Shown here in pieces: positions 39,615-49,384 of a DNA stretch of 64,000 nucleotides. The notes below the pieces were generated by a model. It worked only from the letters and a program-made list of their open reading frames with translations. It ran no database searches and was not told the origin of the DNA. The stretch spans positions 448,001-512,000 of the forward strand of contig JBLWTJ010000002.1 in the NCBI GenBank assembly GCA_048270185.1. Reading direction: 5' to 3'. Origin of the DNA: Bacteriovoracaceae bacterium (GTDB taxonomy: Bacteria > Bdellovibrionota > Bacteriovoracia > Bacteriovoracales > Bacteriovoracaceae). The first letter of the stretch is position 1, and each line of letters starts with the position of its first letter. The translations under genes and the position numbers were made by a program.

Positions 39615-40271
39615 TTACTCGAGAGACCAACCATCTACTTTCCCTTGACTAAAATAAACGAATTTCTTCTCGCCATTTTCAAAAAAGGTCCATCTTTCAT
39701 TACCTAATTGTGGATTACCGGCCGTGTCAACACGATGTGGATTCCCCCACCTTTGAATAACACTTCCCTTATCCATCCCTATTTCAATTTCTCTGTGGGC
39801 CTGAGCTCTTGGTGAGTAGTGAAAAACTGAAGCAGGATTTCTTGTTTCAAATTTCTTCTGCTTAGCAAATTGAGTTAGGTTGCGATTATAATTTCTTCGA
39901 GCATAGCGATCTAGACTTAAGTAGTAGAGTTTTTGTGAATCATTTTGAAACATATTTTCTTTACGATAAAAGGCCTCGCGATCTTCTGGACGCATTGAAT
40001 TTAGTTTAGTGGCCAACTCTTTTTTTAGCCTCTGCTCCTGAGTCCACTCAGGGTAATCCTCTTCGCTTGCAGGCGTTCGGCTCATCATCTTATCTCGGGT
40101 ATAAGGTGCAACACTTGGGTCTCCCCCTACTGTATCAAAGGTTTTTCCAGGGCTAAATAGTGAAAATTGCTCAGTATCATCCCCCATTTGATCGATAAAA
40201 CGTCTATCCATTGAGATAGGGCCACACGATACTACCCCCAATAATGTCACCAGAAAAAATGCTCTAAGCAT
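39615..40271 (-). CDS. lipoprotein with C-terminal SmpA/BamE-like domain
   Basis: Lipobox VVSC; GMDKGSVIQRWGNP..ERW..VYF..GKV. Confidence 0.6.
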   Translation of the reverse strand: MLRAFFLVTLLGVVSCGPISMDRRFIDQMGDDTEQFSLFSPGKTFDTVGGDPSVAPYTRDKMMSRTPASEEDYPEWTQEQRLKKELATKLNSMRPEDREAFYRKENMFQNDSQKLYYLSLDRYARRNYNRNLTQFAKQKKFETRNPASVFHYSPRAQAHREIEIGMDKGSVIQRWGNPHRVDTAGNPQLGNERWTFFENGEKKFVYFSQGKVDGWSLE

Positions 40272-40401
40272 GATGTCTCCTTACTAATTCTCTCCCATGC
40301 TCCTCTCTCTACGGTGAAAACCGGAGGAATTCTTAAGATTTCCCCATATTGGGCCCACCTTAAGAAAATTCTTCCCAATAAAGTGAAATCCTCAAGAATA
40401 C

Positions 40402-40428
40402 TTAGGAAATATTTAAATAAGCCGATGA
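40402..40428 (+). promoter_or_regulatory. possible sigma28 (FliA) promoter
   Basis: TTAG-N15-GCCGATGA upstream of the FliL-like gene; weak -35. Confidence 0.4.
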
Positions 40429-40470
40429 GTAGCGATGAAATACCTTGGGGATTATTGAGGATAAATAGAA

Positions 40471-41340
40471 ATGATGAATAAGTGGATGAAGATTGAAGAG
40501 TTTTTAAATACTTTGCTAACAAGAATAGCAAATTCATTTAAAAATATGACGCCGAAGCGTCTAACGCAGTCTTACGCCAACTTTAAAGCTTCATGTCACA
40601 AGCTCTTTGTAAAAGTAAGCAAAATTCCTGAAATTTTAACAGGCCCATTTAAGCGCTGGCTTAAGACAAAGATATCGATGGCCCTCGTTTTCATCCTAGC
40701 TCAAAAACAAAATCTTGCGTCACTATCAAAGTCTATTAGTGAGTTTAAACTTTCATCTCAAGTTCCACTGAATGCATTTAATGCATCAAAAGCTTTCTTT
40801 ACAAAGAATGTTGTCGCCAAACTTGCGGCCGTCTCACCAGCGAAGGCCGTCGGTATAACTTGTACAGTCACTGCTTTTTCACTAACTGGAATCTCTGTTT
40901 ATCAGAATATTCAAGAGATTAATGAAAAGAATAATCCAAAGAAAACTCGTGAAGTTGCAAGTGTTGATGAAGAATTTAGAAAACAGTGGAGTCGCTCTAG
41001 CTTTCGAAATGCACACGATCGTACAATCTTCTTAAGAGGAGTTGATATTCCTATCTATATTAAAAATAGAGATGGGATGAAGTCTCTTCTTATTGATGTA
41101 AGACTTGAAACAAGTAATCGCTATACTGCTAAATTCTTCTATATCCCAAAGAATGAAGTTCTGATTAGAGATCGTTTAAATAGTTCTCTTCAAGCAGTTG
41201 TACCAGATTTCCCTCTTCAACCAGAAGGAAAGAAAATAATTAAAGAAAAAGTACGCCTTGAAGTAAATAAACTTATCGAAGAACTCAAAATAGAAGGAAA
41301 TGTCGATAAGGTCTATATTCATTCAATCTTAAATGGATAG
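40471..41340 (+). CDS. membrane protein with FliL-like C-terminal domain
   Basis: One TM; C-terminal IRDRL...EGKKIIKEKVRLEVNKL..VDKVYI. Confidence 0.5.
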   Translation: MMNKWMKIEEFLNTLLTRIANSFKNMTPKRLTQSYANFKASCHKLFVKVSKIPEILTGPFKRWLKTKISMALVFILAQKQNLASLSKSISEFKLSSQVPLNAFNASKAFFTKNVVAKLAAVSPAKAVGITCTVTAFSLTGISVYQNIQEINEKNNPKKTREVASVDEEFRKQWSRSSFRNAHDRTIFLRGVDIPIYIKNRDGMKSLLIDVRLETSNRYTAKFFYIPKNEVLIRDRLNSSLQAVVPDFPLQPEGKKIIKEKVRLEVNKLIEELKIEGNVDKVYIHSILNG

Positions 41341-42579
41341 TACACTTCTTACCGTTTGATTTGAAACACCAAGAATCTTGGCCGCGGCACTAACATTTTG
41401 ATCACAACGTTCATATATCTTTTTAAAGTAGCGCCACTTTAGTTCTCTGTATGATAAAACATCATCACAATTAAGCCCGTTATCAACTAGCCCCTTAAGC
41501 TCTAAGAGTGATTCATCCATCTCACAATATGAGATCAAATTAGCTCTTGTCTTTAGCTTCTTCTTTTTTAAATGGGCCTGTAATTGTCTAATATTTCCTG
41601 GCCACTCATAATCGCGATAGAACGATTTAAGCTTTGGATGAATTGTAACGCCAAAGCGACTTTCGTATGAATTTAATAAAGAATCGATTTTTTCTATATC
41701 TCTACGAAGAGGATCAAGTGTGATAACTTCCTCTGAACTAATTCGGTAATAAAAGTCTCTTCGCATCTCATCCTTTTCGACAAGATTTTTTAGGGCCCTC
41801 CCCGATGCAACGATCACTCTTGTCTTAATTACCTGAGCAGTATTAGAGCCTACGGGATAGAAGAGTCCACTATCCAAGAAAAGCAAGAGCTTTGCCTGGA
41901 GATCTTTTGATATTGAATCAATCTCATCGAGAAAGAGTGTTCCATTCTCTGCAGTCTTCAAGGCACCTTGCTTATCACAGATGGCACCAGTAAAAGCTCC
42001 TTTAACATGTCCAAATAGTTCTGACTCTAAGACTCCTTTAGAATATGCACTCAAATTCAAATGCACAAATCGACCTAAGGGATTTGCAGAATCGTGAATC
42101 TTCTTGGCCAAGAATGTCTTACCAGTACCTGTCTCTCCCTCAATTAAAACATTTAACTCAGGATGAATCTCTAATTCCTTACTTTCTTCGACGTCACTAC
42201 TTATCTGCTTTGAAACTTCGATACGATTATGTCCTAATTGAAAGACATCTCCCTTCTTTAAAACAGCATATGAAGAATATGTTCCGTTTATTTTAAAGAG
42301 TTCTCCACTTAGACTTCTTAGGCAAAAGCACTGGCCAATACTATAGTCAATAAGATCTATTCGATACTTGGATGCTCTAAGCTCCTGCCCATGCAAGAGT
42401 GGCAATATAATATTATTTCCTTCAATGGCCATCTCGTCTCCAGTTAAATCAATGTGATAGAGAGTACGATTGAGGACAATTTTTCTTTTTCTGCCAAATA
42501 AAGGTGTAATTTCTATAGAGTCATAGATCCTGCAAAATGTCTCTTTTACAATGGCGTCAACTTTTGGTACTTCTAACAT
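41329..42579 (-). CDS. sigma54-dependent enhancer-binding protein (FHA-like N-terminus, AAA+, Fis HTH)
   Basis: GETGTGKT, ESELFGHVKGAFTGA, LFLDEI, WPGNIRQL; start at ATG 42579 with GGAGG RBS. Confidence 0.88.
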   Translation of the reverse strand: MLEVPKVDAIVKETFCRIYDSIEITPLFGRKRKIVLNRTLYHIDLTGDEMAIEGNNIILPLLHGQELRASKYRIDLIDYSIGQCFCLRSLSGELFKINGTYSSYAVLKKGDVFQLGHNRIEVSKQISSDVEESKELEIHPELNVLIEGETGTGKTFLAKKIHDSANPLGRFVHLNLSAYSKGVLESELFGHVKGAFTGAICDKQGALKTAENGTLFLDEIDSISKDLQAKLLLFLDSGLFYPVGSNTAQVIKTRVIVASGRALKNLVEKDEMRRDFYYRISSEEVITLDPLRRDIEKIDSLLNSYESRFGVTIHPKLKSFYRDYEWPGNIRQLQAHLKKKKLKTRANLISYCEMDESLLELKGLVDNGLNCDDVLSYRELKWRYFKKIYERCDQNVSAAAKILGVSNQTVRSVLSI

Positions 42580-42631
42580 CGATAACCTCCTTAAATTTAA
42601 GCAATTACGTACTAAACAAAAGAGTGGAAAT

Positions 42632-43306
42632 ATGGAATATAAACTGGCCAAAGGAACAACTAAGTTCAGATATGGAATGACCGATGCACAACAGCTCGTT
42701 GAGTGGCTTACAGAAGAGAAGCCAATCGGAGTAAGTTTTATTGGACGTTCAAATGCTGGGAAATCTTCAACGATCAACTCTCTTTTTGGAAAGAGTACAG
42801 CGGTTACATCAAAGACTCCTGGTCGCACAAGACAAGTAAATATTTTTGAATTTCAATTAGAGAAGAATGGAAAAATAGTTGAAGAACTGCCAAAGTTCTA
42901 TCTCTTTGACCTTCCAGGATATGGGCACGCAAAAGTTTCAAAAGAAATGCAAGCAGATTGGGCAGAACTAATGGATAATTTCTTTCATAACTGCGGCCAT
43001 CAAAACCTAATGCTTAATCTTCAAGATGCAAGACATCCAAATCAAAAAGCTGACCTCGACTTTAGAGATTACTTAAGGCCACTTGGTCACGAAGCTTTTA
43101 TGCTCTTTAATAAGCTTGATAAACTTAAGACACAAAAAGAGAGAGCAGCACTTAATAAGTTAAAACCAGCAATCTTCAAAGAATGTAAATGGGTGACGCA
43201 AATTCACTTTATCTCGGCCCTTAAAGGTCAAGGTATCGATCAACTAGAAGGGGCCATTATTAATTACCTTCTTCTACAAAATGAATTAAGTAATCAAGAA
43301 TCTTAG
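42632..43306 (+). CDS. engB: ribosome biogenesis GTPase EngB/YsxC
   Basis: GRSNAGKSS, SKTPGRT, DLPGYG, NKLD, SA. Confidence 0.9.
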   Translation: MEYKLAKGTTKFRYGMTDAQQLVEWLTEEKPIGVSFIGRSNAGKSSTINSLFGKSTAVTSKTPGRTRQVNIFEFQLEKNGKIVEELPKFYLFDLPGYGHAKVSKEMQADWAELMDNFFHNCGHQNLMLNLQDARHPNQKADLDFRDYLRPLGHEAFMLFNKLDKLKTQKERAALNKLKPAIFKECKWVTQIHFISALKGQGIDQLEGAIINYLLLQNELSNQES

Positions 43307-43593
43307 TCTTTTGACTTAATTTTTGAAACGTCTTTCTCCATTAATTGAAGCTGCTCTTCATAGCTGTTGATTTCTTCGAGAAGTTCACTAACTTTTGGAT
43401 TCTCCCATTCAAGAATTCCAGACTTTAGATGCTTGGCCGCAAGCTGCCCTAACTCTTGATACTTTTCATTGAGCAGTGAATTCGTGTGGGAAGCCGTTAG
43501 CATTTTCTTACCAATGACAGTGGCCTTAGAAAGTTCTTGAGAACAGTCATCGACTATTTTCTTAATCTTGGTTTTCCATTCCTCTTTTTGCAT
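43303..43593 (-). CDS. small coiled-coil hypothetical protein
   Basis: 96-aa ORF with helical composition. Confidence 0.6.
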   Translation of the reverse strand: MQKEEWKTKIKKIVDDCSQELSKATVIGKKMLTASHTNSLLNEKYQELGQLAAKHLKSGILEWENPKVSELLEEINSYEEQLQLMEKDVSKIKSKD

Positions 43594-43644
43594 AATTCAC
43601 TCTTTCGGATAGAATATTAATGACTAGCCTTATTTTACAAAAAG

Positions 43645-44562
43645 ATGAGTATGATTTCATTAGAATTTTTCACTAAAAAATTTCACCTATTTGAACAAGT
43701 TCTGGAGTCAAAATTCTCTAAGTACAAGGATTTATTGAACGAAGAAGATCACAGAAAGCTTGATGATTCCTATCAACATTTCATCAGTAAATACGGCCCA
43801 AGCGAAGACCCTTGGGGACTCAATATAAACAAGTCTCGCAAGAGCTACAAAGTCCTCTATGCGATCTATCGCCACTACTTCAAGGTAAGGTTCTTTGGTA
43901 AAGAAAATATCAAAGACGAACAATATATGGTGATTTCAAATCACTCCGGTCAAATTGCCATCGACGGACTCTTAATTGGCTGTGCTTTTGCATTTGAAAC
44001 AAAGCCGCAAAGGATTCTTAGGGCCATGGTTGAGCGTTTCTATACCGCTTTGCCATTTATCAATAAGTGGTCGGCAGAGTGTGGTGCTGTTCTTGGTGAC
44101 CGAGAAAATTGTCTCAATCTATTAGCTCGAGGTGAATCACTTCTCATTTTTCCTGAAGGTGTTCGAGGTGTCTCCAAGAGCACTAAGAATTTTTATCAGG
44201 TTCAAGAATTTACACCAGGCTTTTTGAGAATGGCCCTTAAGAGTGGAGTTAAGATTCTTCCCGTTGCCGTTATCGGCGCAGAAGAAATCTTCCCCTATGT
44301 ATATCAGGCAAAGCCAATTGCGGACTTTCTAGGGCTTCCGGCCTTACCCCTTAGTGCGAATTACTTTCCTCTTCCCTCTCCTGTTGATATCCATGTAGGA
44401 AAACCAATTGAGCTCGGAGAAGATATCACTTCAGAAAGTGAAGATAGCTTAATCACGCCAAAGCTTCGAGAAATTGAAGCAATCATTCAAGGAATGGTCA
44501 ATGAAGGGTTAAAGACTCGCAGACCTTGGGCATTTAAAAAGGATACATCTGATGGACTCTAG
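43645..44562 (+). CDS. lysophospholipid acyltransferase
   Basis: NHSGQIAIDG, IFPEG, ILPVAV. Confidence 0.85.
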   Translation: MSMISLEFFTKKFHLFEQVLESKFSKYKDLLNEEDHRKLDDSYQHFISKYGPSEDPWGLNINKSRKSYKVLYAIYRHYFKVRFFGKENIKDEQYMVISNHSGQIAIDGLLIGCAFAFETKPQRILRAMVERFYTALPFINKWSAECGAVLGDRENCLNLLARGESLLIFPEGVRGVSKSTKNFYQVQEFTPGFLRMALKSGVKILPVAVIGAEEIFPYVYQAKPIADFLGLPALPLSANYFPLPSPVDIHVGKPIELGEDITSESEDSLITPKLREIEAIIQGMVNEGLKTRRPWAFKKDTSDGL

Positions 44563-45499
44563 GCCAACGATTCTCATTTTGGGAGCGGCCGGAGGCCTTG
44601 CCAATATTCTTAGTGGTATCCTTTCAAAAAGAAAGAGCGATTATCGAGTTATCGGAATTGACTCAAGGCCATTAAAAAACGAATTAGATTTTGATAATTT
44701 TACATTCTTACAAATGCGCTATACGCGCAGAAATTTTGAAAAATTATTTCGAGAAAATCGATTTGAGGTCATCTATCACTTAGGTCGTATCTCATCGCCA
44801 GGAGGTAATCTTGAAGCGCGCTTAAGCTTTAGCCTCGTTAATACAAATAAAGTACTAGAACTAGCAGAGAAATATGCCGTGAAAAAAGTTATCTTTCTTA
44901 GCACTTTTCACGTTTATGGAGCACAGTCCGACAATCCAGTCTTTATCAAAGAAGATGCTGCTTTACGAGCAAGTATTAAGCATGCTGAACTTCGCGATGT
45001 AACTGAAATAGATAGTATGTGCTTAAGCTGGATGTGGAAAAATAAAGATAAAATTGAAACCGTTATTTTAAGACCTTGTAATATTATTGGTCCACAGATT
45101 CAAAATACGATTACAAAGTATTTAACATCTGACTTAAGCCCTGTTCCAATTGACTACAATCCGATGATGCAATTTATTCATGAATATGACATGGCCAATA
45201 TTCTTTTTGCTAGTCTCGATAAAGTTCCTACTGGTATATACAATGTTGCTCCAGATGAAGTGATCTCTTTGCAAGAAGCAAAGAGTATTATTAATGCTAA
45301 GAGTATTCCATTTCCAATATTTGCACTTGCACCTGTAACAAAATTTATCAAGAAATTATGGGTCTTTCCTGAATACTTAGTGGATTATATTAAATACTCT
45401 TGTGTCATTGATAATTCAGCAATCTCGAAGTATCTCGACAACGACTTCATTCAATATAGAACAAAGAAGGCCCTTTCTCTTTTGAAAAAGCGCTATTAA
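44552..45499 (+). CDS. NAD-dependent epimerase/dehydratase
   Basis: LGAAGGL, STFHVYGA, ILRP, QFIHEYD. Confidence 0.82.
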   Translation: MDSRPTILILGAAGGLANILSGILSKRKSDYRVIGIDSRPLKNELDFDNFTFLQMRYTRRNFEKLFRENRFEVIYHLGRISSPGGNLEARLSFSLVNTNKVLELAEKYAVKKVIFLSTFHVYGAQSDNPVFIKEDAALRASIKHAELRDVTEIDSMCLSWMWKNKDKIETVILRPCNIIGPQIQNTITKYLTSDLSPVPIDYNPMMQFIHEYDMANILFASLDKVPTGIYNVAPDEVISLQEAKSIINAKSIPFPIFALAPVTKFIKKLWVFPEYLVDYIKYSCVIDNSAISKYLDNDFIQYRTKKALSLLKKRY

Positions 45500-45524
45500 T
45501 TGCTCTTTAAGAAAGAGTTTCCAA

Positions 45525-45553
45525 TTGACTGATTTCATTCGAATGAATAGACT
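45525..45553 (+). promoter_or_regulatory. sigma70-type promoter of tRNA-Leu
   Basis: TTGACT-N17-TAGACT. Confidence 0.65.
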
Positions 45554-45564
45554 ATATCTTCGAT

Positions 45565-45650
45565 GCCTTGGTGGTGGAATGGTAGACACGACGGATTCAA
45601 AATCCGTTGACCGCAAGGTCGTGGGGGTTCAAGTCCCCCCCGAGGCACCA
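45565..45650 (+). tRNA. tRNA-Leu(CAA)
   Basis: Anticodon arm ACGGA-TTCAAAA-TCCGT, long variable arm GACC-GCAA-GGTC, encoded CCA. Confidence 0.95.
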
Positions 45651-45651
45651 T

Positions 45652-46347
45652 CTACCTGAGAATATGTAGTTTTTCACAATATTGCCCTTTTCCTTTCAAC
45701 TTATCGTTGAAAGTCCAATAAAAAACAGCACTACTCCCCAGCTCAAAGCATCGTCTTTTGCAGTTAGCATGAAATGCCTTAAATAAGCCAGTGCCACGAA
45801 ACTCTTCATCGACAAATCCATTTAGCAACATTGACGTAGCCTTTCCATGAACAAGAGTCGCTCCAGCACAAATATCATCTCTTTTATTACTAGCAACAAA
45901 CGTTTCTACCTTACTATCACTATGACTTAAGACCTTTAGAATATTAATTTGTGTCGCTATTGGTAAATTATAGCTATTGTCACAAACTAATGTTTGATAT
46001 TTCTCACTATTGCCAAAATATAAATCTAGTACTTTATAATTAAGCTCAAGTTCATCGAAATTATGAATCTCAGTCTCCACTATATACTCTGGAGACAAAA
46101 TAACATCTTTATTCAACCTAGAACTATCCACGAAGCTTTCAAAACAATTAAACCACAAATCATCTGTGCCAATATTAAGAGATTGCTCTGCTATTTCATT
46201 ATCTGAAATCTTATTTAGCACGAAATTTGGCGTCATTATCGGATTAACAAAGAATTTATTTCTAAAACCAATCATGTTCTTTGTTCTTACAATATCTCGC
46301 TTAAAAACATCTAAATAGAAATTTATAACAGATTCTGCCACATTCAT
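45652..46347 (-). CDS. GNAT-fold protein, last gene of the isonitrile operon
   Basis: Motif A FVDEEFRGTGLF; 4-bp overlap with the P450 gene. Confidence 0.6.
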   Translation of the reverse strand: MNVAESVINFYLDVFKRDIVRTKNMIGFRNKFFVNPIMTPNFVLNKISDNEIAEQSLNIGTDDLWFNCFESFVDSSRLNKDVILSPEYIVETEIHNFDELELNYKVLDLYFGNSEKYQTLVCDNSYNLPIATQINILKVLSHSDSKVETFVASNKRDDICAGATLVHGKATSMLLNGFVDEEFRGTGLFKAFHANCKRRCFELGSSAVFYWTFNDKLKGKGQYCEKLHILR

Positions 46348-47603
46348 TCTAAAATCACTGGAAGTGTTTTAAATCCTGAAAAAGATAATGAATAGTGATC
46401 TCTTTCTACCTTACCTGATCCTAGTCTCATATTTGGATACTTTTCAATCAGGTAGTTAAATAACTTATTCATTTCTATTCGTCCTAATCTAGCACCAAGA
46501 CAATAGTGGGCTCCATGTCCATATGAAAAGTGGTTATAATGCTTTCTGTTTAAATCGACACTTTCAGGATTAGAAAAAATCAATTCATCACGATTAATAC
46601 AATGAGTACTAATAAAAATAGTATCTCCTTTCTTAATAAATTGATCTCCAATCTTTGTATCAGATGAAGCAACCCTAAATATAAAAGTTACAGCTGGATC
46701 TAGTCTTTTAAACTCCTCTATCATATTTGGAATTAATTTATGGTTAGATCTAACTTCGTCTAAGATGCTTTCCCCTGTTAATAATTGATACATTATATTA
46801 TTTATTTGATCAGTTGTTGTAACCTGCCCTGCTACTAGCATCATGATGGCCTGAGAAATCAGATCATCTTCAGAGAAATTAAACTGACTTGCAACTTTTA
46901 ACATTCCAGAGAAGAAATCATTTTTTGGTAATTCTTTTCGACTTCTTAAAAGTTCATGAAAATAACTTTTCAATTCACTAGCAGCTTTATCAACACGAAT
47001 TCCATCCTTATTCTCGTAACCACTGCCACCACCAAAAAAACCTGTCATAACATTTGACCACTCACAAAATTGAGTTCTATCATCTTCAGGAATACAAAAT
47101 AATTCGGCTAAAATTATAGAAGGCAGACGTCCCGAAATATCTCTTACAAAGTCTATTTCACCGTTAACACTTTTCTCTTTCGCCTCCTTAACAAAAGAAT
47201 CTAAAAAGCCTGGAATTCTCTGTGCGTAATAATCAATCAAGTCATCGTTTAACCCAAAAGTTGCAATACTTCTTCTTTGCTTATGGTCTTCCCCGTCTCT
47301 CATAACCATCATTTTTGAGACAACATCAAAAAAATTAGATATCAAACTCAAGTCTAAGTTCGGCATCCTAGAAATAAAGAAAGAACTTCTGTCACAACTA
47401 ATATGGGGGTCCTTGAGGGCCTGTTTTGCAAGTTTTGCATTTGTAACTACATGAAAGTTACCTTGTGGCCAAAAGAATATATCACCATATGATTTAACAT
47501 ATTTATAAAAATCATTATGAAATGTTTCAGGCTTTGATTTCTTTTTAAAATCATGAAAACCTTGAGCGTCTTTAATATTGTTTGATTGCATTATCTGTTC
47601 CAT
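46344..47603 (-). CDS. cytochrome P450
   Basis: AGQVTT I-helix, EEFKRLDP (ExxR), FSYGHGAHYCLG heme motif. Confidence 0.95.
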   Translation of the reverse strand: MEQIMQSNNIKDAQGFHDFKKKSKPETFHNDFYKYVKSYGDIFFWPQGNFHVVTNAKLAKQALKDPHISCDRSSFFISRMPNLDLSLISNFFDVVSKMMVMRDGEDHKQRRSIATFGLNDDLIDYYAQRIPGFLDSFVKEAKEKSVNGEIDFVRDISGRLPSIILAELFCIPEDDRTQFCEWSNVMTGFFGGGSGYENKDGIRVDKAASELKSYFHELLRSRKELPKNDFFSGMLKVASQFNFSEDDLISQAIMMLVAGQVTTTDQINNIMYQLLTGESILDEVRSNHKLIPNMIEEFKRLDPAVTFIFRVASSDTKIGDQFIKKGDTIFISTHCINRDELIFSNPESVDLNRKHYNHFSYGHGAHYCLGARLGRIEMNKLFNYLIEKYPNMRLGSGKVERDHYSLSFSGFKTLPVILE

Positions 47604-47611
47604 TTCTTCAC

Positions 47612-48370
47612 CTATCTAATTTGTATTCTTCTTAAGTGTCTTTCGCCTGTCTCTAATTCAACAATTTCTTCTCGACCGTGAAGTAGAGAGTAATTGTCAG
47701 CAAATAAAATATCTCCCTCTTCCCAATTATGCAGATATCGATACTTTTCTTTTTTAAGATGACGTTCCAACTTCTTTAAAGGCCCAGTTATATCTTTTTC
47801 AATGATTCTCTTTACTGGATTTTTACTGGTTTCAACTTCTTCGCCGATTCTTATTAGATGTCGTCCTGTTTCAGGATGAATATCAATAATACTTTGTTCA
47901 ATTACTCCTCCATAATGAGCAACCTTATCTGTTTGATAAGTTATCTTCTTACCCAAGAGCTCGCTTCGTAACTCATCAGAAAGGTCTTCTAAAGCGCTCA
48001 TAGAATCCAAAAAAATAGTTCTCCCTTCCATCACTGTATTCTTAATGCATTGAAAACCAAGAATACTTGGAGTCTCGTGGAATGCACCATCCCAATGGAG
48101 GGGAACTTTCTCATTTGAAAATATATAGTTTTTACTTTGTTCACTATTTTTAAGGTTTAAAATATGACCAAAGTCCCACGAAATAAACGGTTCATCATTT
48201 GTCGAACATGATAATATTCGACATAATTTTTCAAACTCATCTTCACTCAAGGTTCCAACACCTCTTATTACTAAAACTTTTTTCTCAATAATTATCTTTC
48301 TAAAACTAGTACTTTCTTCAAACAGTTCACGCTTAGAGCTAAGGCTTATAATTTCTGGGGTAAATCTCAT
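47612..48370 (-). CDS. PvcB/IsnB-like Fe(II)/2-oxoglutarate dioxygenase (TauD family)
   Basis: WDFGHIL, VPLHWDGAF (HxD), GRTIF, DNYSLLHGR, RHLRRIQ. Confidence 0.88.
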   Translation of the reverse strand: MRFTPEIISLSSKRELFEESTSFRKIIIEKKVLVIRGVGTLSEDEFEKLCRILSCSTNDEPFISWDFGHILNLKNSEQSKNYIFSNEKVPLHWDGAFHETPSILGFQCIKNTVMEGRTIFLDSMSALEDLSDELRSELLGKKITYQTDKVAHYGGVIEQSIIDIHPETGRHLIRIGEEVETSKNPVKRIIEKDITGPLKKLERHLKKEKYRYLHNWEEGDILFADNYSLLHGREEIVELETGERHLRRIQIR

Positions 48371-49299
48371 GAAACAACTCCAAGTTCAAAAAAGCTGTAA
48401 TTATTTTCTGATTTTAAAGTTGCACCAATATTTAAAACTTCACAATGTCTCATAAGTACAAACTCATCATTCTTCTTAACAGGTACTCTATGCCAAGGTG
48501 TCCCCCAGCTCTCTTCACTTGGTAAAAGTTGAACTGGAAACTTTACTGACTCGACATCTTGAGGATGAATACTTAAACGAAACCCATGTGGAAATTTTCT
48601 TTCAACTAATTCACTCCATGCATTAGAACGAAGAACAACTTTATAGGCTTTTTCCTTAGAAATTTTATTAACTTGATTTTTAGAAAGATCTGACAGAAGT
48701 ACAGTGAAATCTTCTTTTAAAAAACGATGTATTCCATTAAAAAGATTTTTTGCCTTTACGCTGACTTTCACATCATTTCGAACACAGGATTCTGTTTTAG
48801 AAAACTGTTGTTCAAGCCTATATCGCATTTGATCGAAACTCAACTTAGAACAATACTCATCCTCTAAATCAAAAAACTTAATATTATTTAAAGCATAAGT
48901 CTCTACAATATTTTTTAATTCCTTTTGGTATATAGATACATCTTCTTCTGTTATTCCCACCAAATCACTAAACACTCTTCCATCTGAACAAACTAATATT
49001 TCCGCTCCTCGAGAGTGTATACTTGATACTTTATTGGCCAATTCATTTAAGTTCATTAGAGCTTGAACCTCTCCCATGTCAGGAAAAGAAGAAAATGTCT
49101 TTTCACGATTAGCACTCTTGGCCGGAAATGCAGGAATTACAAAAGTGATTTTTTCATCTAATTGAATAGCGGTAGTTAGTTTATAGACGTGTACAGGATT
49201 TAAGTCATTAATTTCACATGGACCACTTGTAAAATTAGCTACTTTAACTAACTCCTCAAGAATTGAATCTACTTTATTTTGAACATTAGAACTTGTCAT
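48367..49299 (-). CDS. L-tyrosine/L-tryptophan isonitrile synthase (PvcA/IsnA/Dit1 family)
   Basis: PAFPAKSAN, PDMGE, CSDGRVFSD, RSNAWS, RLSIHPQ, WGTPWH. Confidence 0.92.
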   Translation of the reverse strand: MTSSNVQNKVDSILEELVKVANFTSGPCEINDLNPVHVYKLTTAIQLDEKITFVIPAFPAKSANREKTFSSFPDMGEVQALMNLNELANKVSSIHSRGAEILVCSDGRVFSDLVGITEEDVSIYQKELKNIVETYALNNIKFFDLEDEYCSKLSFDQMRYRLEQQFSKTESCVRNDVKVSVKAKNLFNGIHRFLKEDFTVLLSDLSKNQVNKISKEKAYKVVLRSNAWSELVERKFPHGFRLSIHPQDVESVKFPVQLLPSEESWGTPWHRVPVKKNDEFVLMRHCEVLNIGATLKSENNYSFFELGVVS

Positions 49300-49384
49300 A
49301 TCTCCTCCTCGACAAGAACTAAACTATTAGACTTACAAATATAAATAAAATATAGTATTTGTATTAATATAATAGGTAAAACTT

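Noticed and set aside
42580..42828. Long overlap between the sigma54 activator and engB implied by the ORF track
   Set aside because: An artefact of upstream alternative starts. RBS-supported starts at 42579 (-) and 42632 (+) give a normal divergent pair.
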